Origin: Elusimicrobiota bacterium
GTDB lineage: Bacteria > CG03 > SLGR01 > JBDRKX01
Direction of reading: 5' to 3'
NCBI GenBank assembly: GCA_043813605.1
Contig: JBDRKX010000032.1
Coordinates: 1 to 48,955, forward strand
Length of the DNA: 48,955 bases
Shown: positions 17,603 to 28,457 of the stretch, in pieces
Position numbering within the stretch: position 1 is the stretch's first letter
Layout: every line of letters starts with the position of its first letter
Program-made: the position numbers and the translations under genes
The notes under the pieces: generated by a model
Told to the model about the DNA's origin: nothing
The model's database searches: none
Seen by the model: the letters and a program-made list of their open reading frames with translations, nothing else

Positions 17603-19708
17603 TTAATCGTTGTTTTTCTCTTTTTCCAGTTCATCAGGTTCAAGCGCTTTTGTTCTGCTGAGTTTGATCCTGCCTCTTTCATCTATCAATATGCATTTAA
17701 CACGGACAGTATCGCCTACATTCACAACATCAGTTACCTTTGCTACCCGGTACGGGGCAAGTTCAGATATGTGAACCAGCCCTTCTTTTCCCGGAATAAC
17801 TTCAACGAAGGCGCCGAAATCTACAACATTTTTTACGGTGCCAGTATATATTTTGCCTTCTTCTACTTCATCAGTGTAAGCTTTTACAAGCATAACGGCT
17901 CTATCCATCTTCTCTTTGGATATTGAGCTTATAGCAACTGTTCCATCATCATCTATTTCAATAACAGCCTCAGTCTCTTCCTGTATGGCTTTGACATTCT
18001 TCCCTCCCGGTCCTATGAGAGCTCCTATTTTGGCCGGATCTATAGTGACAGTCACTATTTGGGGAGCATATTTAGAGATCTCTTCTCTTGGTTTTGATAT
18101 TGCTTTTTCTATTTCATCTAGGGTCTTCATCCGGGCAATTTTTGCCTGCGCAAGAGCTTTTTCCAGTATTTCCATACTGATACTGCTGATCTTGATATCC
18201 ATCTGTATAGCGGTTATTCCCTGCCTTGTGCCTGCTACCTTGAAGTCCATATCCCCGGCATGGTCTTCATCTCCCATAATGTCTGTGAGGATAATACCGT
18301 CTATTATACCCAACCCTACACCAGCTACGGGATTTTTTATTGGAACACCTGCATCCATCATGGCTAAAGTTCCTGCACAGACTGTGGCCATGGAAGAAGA
18401 TCCGTTTGATTCCAGTATGTCGGAAACGAGCCTGAGAGTATAAGGAAAATCTTCCTTGTCAGGGATAACAGGAGAAAGCGCTTTTTCAGCCAGAAGACCA
18501 TGTCCTATTTCTCTTCTTCCCGGGCCCCGGTTAGGTCTGACTTCTCCTACAGAATACGGCGGGAAGTTATAGTGGAGCATAAAACGTTTCTTGTATTCCC
18601 CTTCAAGTACGTCCATTATCTGCTGGTCATGTTTAGTCCCGAGTGTCATGACTGCCAAAGCCTGAGTTTCGCCCTTTGTGAACATCCCTGAACCGTGAGT
18701 TCTCGGCAGAATACCGATTTTGCAGTCTATAGGCCGCAAATCGTCCGGTTTCCTTCCATCTACCCTGGTGCCTTTTTCTTTCAGGAAGGCCCTGAGGAGT
18801 TCTTTGTTGAGTTTACCCATTGCTGTTTTTATGTTCTTGGTCTTTTCTCCGGTTTCATCATCCGGAGCAAGTTCCTTTATGATCTCCTCTTGCAGTTTCT
18901 TGAGTCCGGCTGATCGATCGGCTTTTGACAGGGCGCTGCCCAGTATCTCGTTTATACCGTCTGCAGCTTTCTTCTTTACTTCTTCTTTCAGCTCTTCCGG
19001 AACAGTGGGCGCTTCGAATTCGAGTTTTTCGGAACCGACACTTTCTACGATTGCCGACTGGAGATCTATTACCCTGTCGATCAAGGGTTTTGCGAATTCA
19101 ATGGCATCAAGCAATGTTTCCTCGGTCGTGCTGTCGGACTGGCCTTCAAGCATCGTTATTCCGCTTTTAGTGCCCGCCACTATCAGTTCAAGATCACTGC
19201 TTTCAAGTTGCTCGAATGTGGGATTTACAATGAATTCTCCGTTTATCCTGCCGATCCGAACGGCACCTATGGGGCCTTCAAAAGGAACCGGAGAAAGTGC
19301 TGTGGCGCAGCTGGCTCCTATTATTGCCGGTATGTCGGGATCATTTTCCAGGTCTGCCGAGAGCACGGTTATCATTATCATTATTTCGTCATAGTACCCG
19401 GCAGGGAAAAGTGGCCTTATAGGCCTGTCAATAAGTCTTGAAGTTATGACTTCTTTTTCATGCGGACGGCCCTCCCGTTTAAAAAATCCGCCGGGTATCT
19501 TGCCGGCTGCGTATGTCCTTTCCCTGTAATCAACAGTCAGAGGAAAAAAGCCCGGGTCCTCCGCCTTTTTTTCGTAACAACATGCTGCAAGTATCACGGT
19601 TTCTCCATAAGTAACCTTTACAGCGCCTGCAGCCTGTTTCGCCATCTCTCCCGTTTCTATAATAAGCTGTTTTCCGTTTAATTCGATTTGTTTTTGCATA
19701 AATTTCAT
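17603..19708 (-). CDS. pnp: Polyribonucleotide nucleotidyltransferase
   Basis: FFPLTVDY, RREIGHG, ESNGSSSMA, DMDFKVAG, KH and S1 domains. Confidence 0.99.
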   Translation of the reverse strand: MKFMQKQIELNGKQLIIETGEMAKQAAGAVKVTYGETVILAACCYEKKAEDPGFFPLTVDYRERTYAAGKIPGGFFKREGRPHEKEVITSRLIDRPIRPLFPAGYYDEIMIMITVLSADLENDPDIPAIIGASCATALSPVPFEGPIGAVRIGRINGEFIVNPTFEQLESSDLELIVAGTKSGITMLEGQSDSTTEETLLDAIEFAKPLIDRVIDLQSAIVESVGSEKLEFEAPTVPEELKEEVKKKAADGINEILGSALSKADRSAGLKKLQEEIIKELAPDDETGEKTKNIKTAMGKLNKELLRAFLKEKGTRVDGRKPDDLRPIDCKIGILPRTHGSGMFTKGETQALAVMTLGTKHDQQIMDVLEGEYKKRFMLHYNFPPYSVGEVRPNRGPGRREIGHGLLAEKALSPVIPDKEDFPYTLRLVSDILESNGSSSMATVCAGTLAMMDAGVPIKNPVAGVGLGIIDGIILTDIMGDEDHAGDMDFKVAGTRQGITAIQMDIKISSISMEILEKALAQAKIARMKTLDEIEKAISKPREEISKYAPQIVTVTIDPAKIGALIGPGGKNVKAIQEETEAVIEIDDDGTVAISSISKEKMDRAVMLVKAYTDEVEEGKIYTGTVKNVVDFGAFVEVIPGKEGLVHISELAPYRVAKVTDVVNVGDTVRVKCILIDERGRIKLSRTKALEPDELEKEKNND

Positions 19709-19720
19709 TATAATACCTAA

Positions 19721-19990
19721 TTACTTCCTCAGTTTTAATCTCTTGATGATTTCACTGTACTTGGCTTCATCCCTTCTCTTGATATATTTCAGCAGTTTCC
19801 TTCTTCTGGATACCAGTTTCAAGAGTCCGTATCTCGAGTGAAAGTCCTTCTTATGAATATTCATGTGATCGGTAAGTTTACTGATCCTTTCGGTTAGGAT
19901 CGCAACCTGGACTTCAGGCGAACCTGTATCGTTTTCTTTCCTCTGGTAATCCTTAATAACCTCGACTTTTTTTTCTTTTGTTATAGACAA
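19721..19990 (-). CDS. rpsO: 30S ribosomal protein S15 (TTG start)
   Basis: [30 protein letters not shown] 6 nt before TTG. Confidence 0.98.
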   Translation of the reverse strand: MSITKEKKVEVIKDYQRKENDTGSPEVQVAILTERISKLTDHMNIHKKDFHSRYGLLKLVSRRRKLLKYIKRRDEAKYSEIIKRLKLRK

Positions 19991-20008
19991 TCTATGCCTC
20001 CTTCTTAT

Positions 20009-21304
20009 CTATGCAGCATATGTCCTGTTTCTGCCGTCCTGCTTAGCTTTATACAGGGCATTATCTGCTTTACTTATTATGTCCTGACTGTAGACACCGT
20101 CATCCGGATATGCCGATATCCCTATGCTGGCGCAAACAACTATATCTCCGCCTATCTTATTATCTATAAGCCCGCTGCGTATTCTTTCGCCGACAATCGT
20201 TGCTCCTTCTTTAGGCGTTTCCGGCAGTAGAACTACGAACTCGTCTCCGCCGTAACGGGCGATCATATCGGATTCCCGTAGTACTTTTTTTAAATGCTTA
20301 CCGACTTTAATCAGGATCTCATCCCCGACAGGGTGTCCGTAGGTGTCATTGATATCCTTGAAATTATCCACATCCATCATTATCAATGAGAAACTCAGAT
20401 CATACCTTTGTGCCCTGCTGAGCTCTACCTGCATCTGCTCCTGAAAATGCCTGTGGTTATAGAGACCTGTCAGCCCGTCTGTCAGTGAGAGTTTCTGCGT
20501 TTTCTTATACAGCAGAGTATTTTCAATCGCTACTGCCGACTGGTTGGCAAAAGTGGACAGAAGCCTCTTTGACGTTACGGAAAAATCTGATCCTTTATCG
20601 TATCTGATTATTATAATTGCACCGATGATATTTCCACGCGATAGCAACGGAGCACATACGTTGTTTTTTATCGTATCAGGAACATCGCTGTCTTTGTATT
20701 CGAGTATGATATTATCGTCTTTTTCGGTCCAGTCGGGTAAATGCTCGGAAACTTCAGACAGAAGCGGGCCCAGGAGTTCTTCTTTAATACCCCAGTTGGA
20801 CTTGATTTCCCAGCGCCATGTGGATTCGTTGAAGAGTATTATAATCCCGCCGTCTGCTCCGGTGCTCTTGACGCATGATGACAGCATAAGGATCATAAGT
20901 TCGTCAAGACCCATTTCAGTCGTCATCTTCTGTGATACCCTGTGGAGCTCTATCTGCACCTGCCTCTCCATGAGCATATTGCTTAAAAGATCCGAAGTGA
21001 TGTCGCCCATTATCTCGATTCCCTTGTCCCTGACTTTTTCCCGGATATCATCTAAAACAGCAGGATTGTCGGTAAGATTGAGTATGGCGGCGGGCTGGTC
21101 CTTTTCATCAAGGAATTTGCTCCATTCTGAATCTGTCTTTATTCCCAGTCTCTGGGCCAGTTTGATACCGGAAGCATTGGGGTTCTTGTCGACAACCGCC
21201 ATAATATAGATGTTAGAAAATTCGCTTAATATTTCGATCAGAGCCAATCCTCTTCTTCCCCCGCCTATTATCAGTATGCGATTCTTTTTGTTATCTTCGG
21301 ACAT
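20009..21304 (-). CDS. Diguanylate cyclase: Rossmann-like N-domain + GAF + GGDEF
   Basis: ILIIGGGRRG...VVDKN; GAF 'CAPLLSRGNIIGAI...FANQSAVAIEN'; TDGLTGLYN, RESD I-site, RYGGDEF. Start 21304 or 21310. Confidence 0.92.
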   Translation of the reverse strand: MSEDNKKNRILIIGGGRRGLALIEILSEFSNIYIMAVVDKNPNASGIKLAQRLGIKTDSEWSKFLDEKDQPAAILNLTDNPAVLDDIREKVRDKGIEIMGDITSDLLSNMLMERQVQIELHRVSQKMTTEMGLDELMILMLSSCVKSTGADGGIIILFNESTWRWEIKSNWGIKEELLGPLLSEVSEHLPDWTEKDDNIILEYKDSDVPDTIKNNVCAPLLSRGNIIGAIIIIRYDKGSDFSVTSKRLLSTFANQSAVAIENTLLYKKTQKLSLTDGLTGLYNHRHFQEQMQVELSRAQRYDLSFSLIMMDVDNFKDINDTYGHPVGDEILIKVGKHLKKVLRESDMIARYGGDEFVVLLPETPKEGATIVGERIRSGLIDNKIGGDIVVCASIGISAYPDDGVYSQDIISKADNALYKAKQDGRNRTYAA

Positions 21305-21313
21305 AATCATAAT

Positions 21314-21342
21314 AGTTTACATGTATGGAAGTCCTATGTCAA
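21314..21342 (-). promoter_or_regulatory. Sigma70 promoter for cyclase-rpsO-pnp
   Basis: TTGACA 21342-21337, 17 nt spacer, TAAACT 21319-21314. Confidence 0.6.
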
Positions 21343-21378
21343 CCCTGTTTAATCGTCTTTTTAAGAGGATATATAAAC

Positions 21379-22278
21379 TCATGAGAGGCTTATTTTGTGT
21401 ATGTCATCAGCGATCTGACGCCTGAGCTGTTCCATGTCATCAAATTTGAGCGGCTCGCGTATCTTCTTGACCAGTTCTACCCGGGAAACTTGATTTTCAT
21501 AACCTTTCATATAATCCAGCATATGGACCTCGATACTGCGCCGTACTGCCGATCGCTTATTATCGATGCTTATATCTCCGATAAAGCAGGCAGATCTTAC
21601 CGCTTTTCCCCGGTTTTTTAGGATTACAAAAGCGCTGAAGATCCCTACAGGCAGCAGTTTGCCGGGAGGGATATTAAAATTTACAGTAGGAAATCCCAAC
21701 TTTGTACCTATGCCTTTTCCTGATATGGTATCTCCGGTGAAAAAATAGGGTTTGCCCAACAGTTTCGAGGCGGTTTCCACATCACCGGCTTGTATCAACT
21801 GCCGTATTTCTGTAGATGATATTTTTAAATCGTGGAGTTGTTCAAGGTCGACGGAAATAAGATCATAGGTATCAGCATACTCTTTCAGTATACCGACATC
21901 GCCTATCCTGTTCTTGCCAAATCTGAAATCAGAACCTACAATAACAAAACGGGTATTGAGCTTATTGATCAGAAATCCTTTGATGAATGTCTCGGGATCC
22001 CACTTTTTCCAGTTGCCTTGCGCTCTGAGAATAACAGTTTTATCGAACCCCCTTTTTTCAAAAAAAACGAGTTTTTCATCCATTGTGGTAAGATAACGGG
22101 GAGTATCGGTCTGCTGTTCGAATGTTACAAGAACAGTTCCTATATTATGTGTTTCAGCAACCGAAACTGTTTTGGCGGCTATTTTCTGGTGTCCCAGATG
22201 AAAACCGTCGAATATACCTATAGTAACAGCATTGGGAGTTTCAAGATCGATTTTTCCGATATCGTCAATTACTATCAT
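21379..22278 (-). CDS. ribF: Bifunctional riboflavin kinase/FAD synthetase
   Basis: GIFDGFHLGH, GSDFRFG, ISSTEIR, GFPTVN, IEVH. Confidence 0.93.
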   Translation of the reverse strand: MIVIDDIGKIDLETPNAVTIGIFDGFHLGHQKIAAKTVSVAETHNIGTVLVTFEQQTDTPRYLTTMDEKLVFFEKRGFDKTVILRAQGNWKKWDPETFIKGFLINKLNTRFVIVGSDFRFGKNRIGDVGILKEYADTYDLISVDLEQLHDLKISSTEIRQLIQAGDVETASKLLGKPYFFTGDTISGKGIGTKLGFPTVNFNIPPGKLLPVGIFSAFVILKNRGKAVRSACFIGDISIDNKRSAVRRSIEVHMLDYMKGYENQVSRVELVKKIREPLKFDDMEQLRRQIADDIHKISLS

Positions 22279-23146
22279 AATTAAAGACTCTTAAAAGACT
22301 ATATTCGCCATCAGGCTGTTTACGGGATAGAGAGAGCAGTTTTCCCTCTGGAGAAAAGACAGCGAGAGCAGGAACTTCCGTATCACCGGATTTCTCCATA
22401 ATATCACCTGAAGTAAAGCATATGCCGTTAGTGATCCGTTTTGCAGCATTTGAGTTGATAACGATATGCGGAAACTTCATCATAGTATCACTGAGTCCCG
22501 TATATCCTTTTTCCCATTTTTCAGTATCCGGTTGTACCGCTTTATCTACAGTAAAACTGCCGACAGAAGTCCTTACAAGTTCTTTAAGATAAGCCCCCGT
22601 GTTCAGTTTCTGCCCGATATCAACGGCTAATGAGCGTATATAAGTGCCGGCTGAAGAGTTGACGGTCAGTGTTATTTCGGGATGAGTGTATTTTTTGAGT
22701 CGAATGTCGTGGATCAAGGTTGTCTGTCTTCTTTCAGGAGGTTTTCCTCCGGATCTTTTTATTTTGTAAAATGTTTTTCCATGTGATTTTTTTGCTGAGT
22801 ACTCCGGTACCAGATGTGTATATTCCCCTTTGAACGATTCGATCACATCATTTACCCGGCTCGTTTCCGGGAACACATCGACTGATTTTCTTAGTTCTCC
22901 TGCAGCATCCCATGTTGTCGATGTATAGCCCAGAACTACAGTTGCACTGTATGTCTTGTCCTGTCCCAGGAAGATGCCGGATACCTTGCAGGCTTCTCCC
23001 AGCAGTACTATCAGCACCCCGCTGGCTTCCGGATCAAGTGTCCCTGCATGACCCGCTTTTCTTGATGATGAGAGTTTTTTCAGGATCTCCACGGTTCTGA
23101 AAGATGTCAAGCCGCGTGGTTTATTTACGTTTACGACTCCGTCCAT
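22265..23146 (-). CDS. truB: tRNA pseudouridine(55) synthase
   Basis: NKPRGLTS, GHAGTLDPEASG, GTYIRSLAVDIG. Confidence 0.95.
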   Translation of the reverse strand: MDGVVNVNKPRGLTSFRTVEILKKLSSSRKAGHAGTLDPEASGVLIVLLGEACKVSGIFLGQDKTYSATVVLGYTSTTWDAAGELRKSVDVFPETSRVNDVIESFKGEYTHLVPEYSAKKSHGKTFYKIKRSGGKPPERRQTTLIHDIRLKKYTHPEITLTVNSSAGTYIRSLAVDIGQKLNTGAYLKELVRTSVGSFTVDKAVQPDTEKWEKGYTGLSDTMMKFPHIVINSNAAKRITNGICFTSGDIMEKSGDTEVPALAVFSPEGKLLSLSRKQPDGEYSLLRVFNYDSN

Positions 23147-24146
23147 GGTGCTTGTTCAGATCCTTTTCCACTGCCCCCAGAATTTTCAGCCTGACTTCAT
23201 CGAAATCTCCCTCTACAAGACACCCGGCAGCGTTGTGATGTCCCCCGCCGCCGAAATAGCCTGCTACTTTACTGACATCTATGTGTCCTTTAGAGCGGAA
23301 GGATACCTTGACTCCGTTCTTGTCAGGGATATTCCTGAAAAGGACGCCTACTTCCACCCCGCGGATATTCCTTGCATAATTTATGAGGCCTTCGAGGTCT
23401 TCGTTAGAAGTACCGGTAGTTTTCAGCATTTCATTTGACACTGTTATATACCCTATTCTGCCTGACGGCGAAAGCTTCAGTGAGTCTATTGCCATGGACA
23501 GCAGGTGAAATGTATTGAGATTATTGTTGCCGTATATTAGGGAAGTTACTTTTACCGGAGAAATGAATTTTTCAATGAGTTCTGCGGCTATTATGTGTGC
23601 TCGTGGAGTCGTGTTGTCTTCCTGGAATTTATTTGTATCCGTGATAATACCGACATAAATGCAGAGTGCTGTTTCATAGTCAAGATCTATATTCATGCGC
23701 GAAATGATATTAAATATCATTTCGCATGTGGACGAACAACCCGGCCTGATGTAGTTGATTGACCCGAATTCAGGATTATGCATATGATGGTCTATATTGA
23801 TTGTCACGTCAGCGTAATCGAGTATGTCAGGGATATTTTCCAGTCGTTTCTCATCTGAGCAGTCGAGCACGATGCCCACATCTTTCTTAGCGGACGGGTA
23901 TGATGTCTTTATTATATCCGTATCTCTGAGGAAACGATAAACCAGAGGACAAGGATCCGGTGCTACGATTTCGGTGTCTATGCCCAGGTTTTCAAGGGTA
24001 TAATACATGGCCATGGCAGCGCCGATGGCATCACCGTCCGGACGGGCGTGCATTGTGATAAAGACGCTGCCGGCCTTTCTTAATTCGAGGATTATCCGTG
24101 ATATGATCTCAGCATCATCAGCAGGTATATCCAGGTTATAGTTCAC
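23121..24146 (-). CDS. nrnA: DHH/DHHA1 phosphoesterase (NrnA nanoRNase/pAp phosphatase)
   Basis: HARPDGDAIG, IDHH, SFRS, GGGGHHNAAG. Confidence 0.9.
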   Translation of the reverse strand: MNYNLDIPADDAEIISRIILELRKAGSVFITMHARPDGDAIGAAMAMYYTLENLGIDTEIVAPDPCPLVYRFLRDTDIIKTSYPSAKKDVGIVLDCSDEKRLENIPDILDYADVTINIDHHMHNPEFGSINYIRPGCSSTCEMIFNIISRMNIDLDYETALCIYVGIITDTNKFQEDNTTPRAHIIAAELIEKFISPVKVTSLIYGNNNLNTFHLLSMAIDSLKLSPSGRIGYITVSNEMLKTTGTSNEDLEGLINYARNIRGVEVGVLFRNIPDKNGVKVSFRSKGHIDVSKVAGYFGGGGHHNAAGCLVEGDFDEVRLKILGAVEKDLNKHHGRSRKRK

Positions 24147-24504
24147 AGCGCTGTTCCTCGATCTCCCGGAATTTCATTTCAAGTTTATGCGCTTTTTCAG
24201 GAGTATCATCATGTGTCATCCGGATTCTTGGTGTATATCTCAGGTTGATTTTTTCCGCTAACCTGCGCCGTAGGAATTTATTCATGTGCAGGATAATGTT
24301 CTTCTGCTTCTGTATATCCCGCTTCCCGCCTATAACCGAGAAGAAAACCTTTGCAATACTGAGATCAATAGACACTTCCACGTCCGTTATGGTTATGATA
24401 CCCATGTCCGGATCAGAGATCTCATTTGAGATTATTTCGCTAAGAGCCTTTTTTACAAGACTGGATAATTTATCTGTCCTTCTGCTTTTTTTCAATCTCA
24501 ACAC
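24136..24504 (-). CDS. rbfA: Ribosome-binding factor A
   Basis: ITITDVEVSIDLSIAKVF, LRYTP; synteny. Confidence 0.93.
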   Translation of the reverse strand: MLRLKKSRRTDKLSSLVKKALSEIISNEISDPDMGIITITDVEVSIDLSIAKVFFSVIGGKRDIQKQKNIILHMNKFLRRRLAEKINLRYTPRIRMTHDDTPEKAHKLEMKFREIEEQRCEL

Positions 24505-24769
24505 CTCTTATAATTATATCCAGCTGAGGGTACCTTGCAAGGACAAGTCCGGCTTTCTGCAATATATTTTCTATGGATTTTTTGTCTTGGCATACGGTAC
24601 ATAATCCCAGTTCAGAATGCTGCAGCAGGTCTTGACAGCCTACTTCGGAAACAGATAGATTAAGGTTTCTTTTCAGCTTGTCTTTAATGCTGTTAAGGTA
24701 TTTTCTTTTTTCTTTCAGACTCCTTACACCGGGAAGGAATATCTCAATAAGTTCACTGCCTACAAACAT
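24470..24769 (-). CDS. DUF503 (YlxP) protein
   Basis: SLKEKR, NLSVSEVG.QD; position between infB and rbfA. Confidence 0.9.
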   Translation of the reverse strand: MFVGSELIEIFLPGVRSLKEKRKYLNSIKDKLKRNLNLSVSEVGCQDLLQHSELGLCTVCQDKKSIENILQKAGLVLARYPQLDIIIRGVEIEKKQKDR

Positions 24770-24778
24770 ATGATCGGA

Positions 24779-26674
24779 TTACAGGGATCCGTCAATGGTC
24801 CTTTTCGTCTGTTCTATCTCAAAGCTCTCAATGATATCTCCGACTTTAATATCATTAAAGCCTTCAACATTGATTCCGCATTCATATCCCTGGTTGACTT
24901 CCGATGCGTCGTTCTTGAATCTTTTCAGTGCCGCCAGGTTGCCCACATATACTATTTTAGAGTCACGCAGGACTCTGACCGGGGCTTTCCTCTTTATAAG
25001 TCCGGTTACAACGGAACAGCCGGCAATTGTACCAACGCCTGATATGACGTATATTTTTTTTATTTCCGCTTGTCCGATATTTATCTCGTTTTCTTCAGGC
25101 ACAAGCATCCCTTCAAGTGATTTCTTGATATCATCGATAATCTCGTATATTATCCGGTAAGTCCTCAACTGTATGCCTTCATTCTCTGCTTCTTTTTTTA
25201 TTGATTCCGGAGCACTGATATTGAACCCGACTATTATTGCATTTGACGCCGAAGCCAGCATGATGTCTTTTTTCGTTACAATACCTACTCCGCTGTGGAT
25301 GATATTAAGACTGACCTCTTCATGATTGAACTTCAGTAAGGTTTCCCTTATTGCTTCAAGGGATCCTGCAACATCAGTTTTCAGGATTATCCTCAATTCT
25401 TTGTTCTCCTGTCCGAGCAGTTGCCGGCGCAGGTCTTCAAGCGTTACTTTTTTAGGCGGATATATATCCTCTTTACCTAAGAGCAATCTGCGTTTCTTGG
25501 CTATATCCCTTGCCATTGCCCTGTCGATTACCACGTGAAAGATATCGGCTGTTTGCGGCACGTCTTCAAATCCCAGTATTCTTACCGGGGTCGAGGGCTC
25601 TGCTTTATCGATTCTATTGCCTGAATCATCTATGAGTGCTTTTATCTTACCCGGAGAAGTCCCGCATATAAATGAATCACCGGTGTTCAGTATGCCTTCC
25701 GTTACGATAAGCGTGGCGGTAGGCCCGACTCTTTTATCAAGTTCGGCTTCTATTATAATACCTTTAGCCGGCCCGTCATAAGGTGCCTTCAGTTCCAGCA
25801 TCTCAGTCTGCAGGATCACCATATCCAGAAGTTCGTCAATATTTTTATTTTCTTTGGCAGATACCTGTACGGATATTACATCTCCTCCCCATGCTTCTGT
25901 CAGAATGTCATGACGGGAAAGCTGTGTAAGAACTCTTTCCGAATCGTAATCGGGCAGATCCATTTTATTTATGGCAACAATAACAGGAACACCTGCGGCT
26001 TTTGCGTGATTGATAGCTTCTATTGTCTGAGGCATTACTCCATCATCTCCGGCTACAACCAGTATTACTATATCCGTTATCTGTGCTCCCCTTGCTCTCA
26101 TTGCGGTAAAGGCTTCATGACCCGGAGTGTCAATAAAGACTATTGAGCCTTTACCCTTGATGTCAACTTTGGAAGCTCCGATATGCTGGGTGATTCCACC
26201 GCTTTCGCGGGCAATGACATTGGTATGCCTTATTGTATCAAGGAGCTGTGTTTTTCCGTGGTCGACATGTCCCATAACGGTTACTATCGGGTGTCTCGGC
26301 CTGATATCATTTCTTTCAATTTCTTCGAGATCCCCTTCAAACTTGTCCCGGGTTGCCTGATAGGAATCTTCTTTTTCTTTGGATATTTCATCAACAGGGT
26401 CTGCTTCTTTTTTCTGTGTTTCCGCGGGCGGAACATCCTGAGTTTCTACTGACTCTGTTTTCTCTTTTTTAGTTTCCGGGACAGTTTCCACCTGCTGGGT
26501 AGAATCCTTCTTGAGTTCTTTGAAGCTTTCGGTTATCAGTGCGGCTTCTTCGTCGGTAACAGTAGATGCATGCGACTTGACTTCTATCCCGAGTTTATGG
26601 GCTTCTTTAATGATCTCCTTGGAATCAAGTTCCAGGTCTTTTGCCAGCTTGTATATTCTTATTTTATTCGCCAT
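24779..26674 (-). CDS. infB: Translation initiation factor IF-2 (short N-terminus)
   Basis: [28 protein letters not shown]. Confidence 0.99.
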   Translation of the reverse strand: MANKIRIYKLAKDLELDSKEIIKEAHKLGIEVKSHASTVTDEEAALITESFKELKKDSTQQVETVPETKKEKTESVETQDVPPAETQKKEADPVDEISKEKEDSYQATRDKFEGDLEEIERNDIRPRHPIVTVMGHVDHGKTQLLDTIRHTNVIARESGGITQHIGASKVDIKGKGSIVFIDTPGHEAFTAMRARGAQITDIVILVVAGDDGVMPQTIEAINHAKAAGVPVIVAINKMDLPDYDSERVLTQLSRHDILTEAWGGDVISVQVSAKENKNIDELLDMVILQTEMLELKAPYDGPAKGIIIEAELDKRVGPTATLIVTEGILNTGDSFICGTSPGKIKALIDDSGNRIDKAEPSTPVRILGFEDVPQTADIFHVVIDRAMARDIAKKRRLLLGKEDIYPPKKVTLEDLRRQLLGQENKELRIILKTDVAGSLEAIRETLLKFNHEEVSLNIIHSGVGIVTKKDIMLASASNAIIVGFNISAPESIKKEAENEGIQLRTYRIIYEIIDDIKKSLEGMLVPEENEINIGQAEIKKIYVISGVGTIAGCSVVTGLIKRKAPVRVLRDSKIVYVGNLAALKRFKNDASEVNQGYECGINVEGFNDIKVGDIIESFEIEQTKRTIDGSL

Positions 26675-27943
26675 TTATACCTCGTTTATACTTTTAATGA
26701 TTTTTTCGGCAGTTTTCTTACCTATACCCGGTAATGCACTTATTACCTCTATTCCACCTTTTTTGATCTTATCAACTGTTTCGAAACCGTTCTCTTCAAG
26801 TATCTTCACGGTTTTGCTGCCTACACCGGGAATTGCGTTTAATTTAAATTCCGGTTGTGGTTTTACCTGTTTTCCGGGTGCGGTTTCTTTTTTTGTCTGT
26901 AATTCCCTGATCTGGGATGCAGACTGTATATCAATATGCCAGTTTGTCAATCGTGCTGCGAGACGGACATTCTGGCCGCTTTTGCCTATGGCAAGTGAAA
27001 GCATATCGTCTGATACTATGATCCGGGCCTCTCTATTCTCTTCATCTATGATAGTGATCTTTTCGGTCTTGGCGGGACTCAGGGAATTTGCAAGATAATC
27101 ATTTATATCGTCAGAATACTTTATCAGATCCATACGTTCGCCGGAAAGTTCGTTGATGACCGATTGGACACGGACACCATTTATTCCGACACACGCCCCG
27201 ATAGGATCAACACGGGGATTATGACTCTGTACAGCTACTTTGCAGCGCACTCCGGGATCACGGACGATCTTCTTTATTTCGACTACGCCTTCAGAGATTT
27301 CCGGTACTTCAAGCCGGAAAAGACATTCTACAAGACCCGGGTGGGTTCTTGAAACGAGTATCCTGGGACCGCGGGATGATTTCAGGACTTCGACTATATA
27401 AACCTTGATACTGTCACCCCTGGTCAGTTTCTGATGCCTGATCTGTTCTCTCTCAGGAAGAATAGCTTCAGTTTTTCCTATTTCAACTATACAGGCATTG
27501 TTAGTGAACCTGTATACAGTTCCGGTAAGGAGAGTGCCTTCTTTTCCGTGGTATTCGCGGTATATGTTGTCGCGTTCATTTTCTCTCATCTTCTGGATGA
27601 TGATTTGTTTAGCCGTCTGAGCCGCTATCCTGCCGTACATATCCGCTGGTACTTCGATATTGACACTTTCACCGGTCTTTACAGCAGGATCTATTTTCAT
27701 CGCAGATATTTTATCGATCTCCTTCGATTTGTCTTTAACCTTGGTTACAACAGTTTTTTGTGCATAAACCTTTATTGCCCCGGTTTTCTTGTCTACCGTA
27801 GCTATATAGTCCATTCCGTCAGATTCACCGTGTTTTTTGAAGGCGGATGTCAATGCGCTCTCAATCATTGCAATGAGTTCTTCACTGGAAATACCTTTTT
27901 CCTGCTCTATTTGTTCGAGTATTGCCTTTAAATTTGATTCCAT
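26675..27943 (-). CDS. nusA: Transcription factor NusA
   Basis: [11 protein letters not shown]1/KH domains, [13 protein letters not shown]-terminal HhH-like repeats. Confidence 0.98.
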   Translation of the reverse strand: MESNLKAILEQIEQEKGISSEELIAMIESALTSAFKKHGESDGMDYIATVDKKTGAIKVYAQKTVVTKVKDKSKEIDKISAMKIDPAVKTGESVNIEVPADMYGRIAAQTAKQIIIQKMRENERDNIYREYHGKEGTLLTGTVYRFTNNACIVEIGKTEAILPEREQIRHQKLTRGDSIKVYIVEVLKSSRGPRILVSRTHPGLVECLFRLEVPEISEGVVEIKKIVRDPGVRCKVAVQSHNPRVDPIGACVGINGVRVQSVINELSGERMDLIKYSDDINDYLANSLSPAKTEKITIIDEENREARIIVSDDMLSLAIGKSGQNVRLAARLTNWHIDIQSASQIRELQTKKETAPGKQVKPQPEFKLNAIPGVGSKTVKILEENGFETVDKIKKGGIEVISALPGIGKKTAEKIIKSINEV

Positions 27944-28404
27944 TATATTTTTACCTCTATATTCGCTTTAACAATATTATCGTATTCTACGGATTCGCGG
28001 CTGCCGTCCCGGATCTCGATTTCTACTCCTTTTGTATCCGCCGATATGATCCGGGCAGTGTGCTTTTTACTACCGGTCACCGGTGAAAAAAGACTTAAAA
28101 CTATCTCTTCGTTTAGATGCCTGCCGAAATCTGCCAGTGTTATGAGCGGTCTGTCGAGTCCGGGGGAGGATACTTCAAGTGAATACGAATGGCGGATCAG
28201 GTCGGGATGCCTGTCCAGTTCATATCCTATTTCCCTCGAGATGTTCTTGCAGTCATCGACTGTTATGCCGCCGGATTTATCGGTAAATATCTGAAGATAC
28301 CAGCCGCTGCCTCTTTTCCCATATCTGAGGTCAATAAAATCATATCCACCTTCTTCGAGAAAAGGTTTTACGATATCAGTTAATCTCTGTGTTATACTTT
28401 TCAT
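27943..28404 (-). CDS. rimP: Ribosome maturation factor RimP
   Basis: GGITVDDC, YSLEVSSPGLDRPL. Confidence 0.97.
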   Translation of the reverse strand: MKSITQRLTDIVKPFLEEGGYDFIDLRYGKRGSGWYLQIFTDKSGGITVDDCKNISREIGYELDRHPDLIRHSYSLEVSSPGLDRPLITLADFGRHLNEEIVLSLFSPVTGSKKHTARIISADTKGVEIEIRDGSRESVEYDNIVKANIEVKI

Positions 28405-28420
28405 AAATCATATCCTGTCT

Positions 28421-28449
28421 ATAAAAAATGTGGCATAATCATGCCACAT
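28421..28449 (-). terminator. Terminator-like hairpin in the rimP-nusA leader (attenuator candidate)
   Basis: ATGTGGCAT-GATT-ATGCCACAT perfect 9-bp stem followed by TTTTTAT, between promoter and rimP ATG. Confidence 0.7.
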
Positions 28450-28457
28450 AGTCACCT

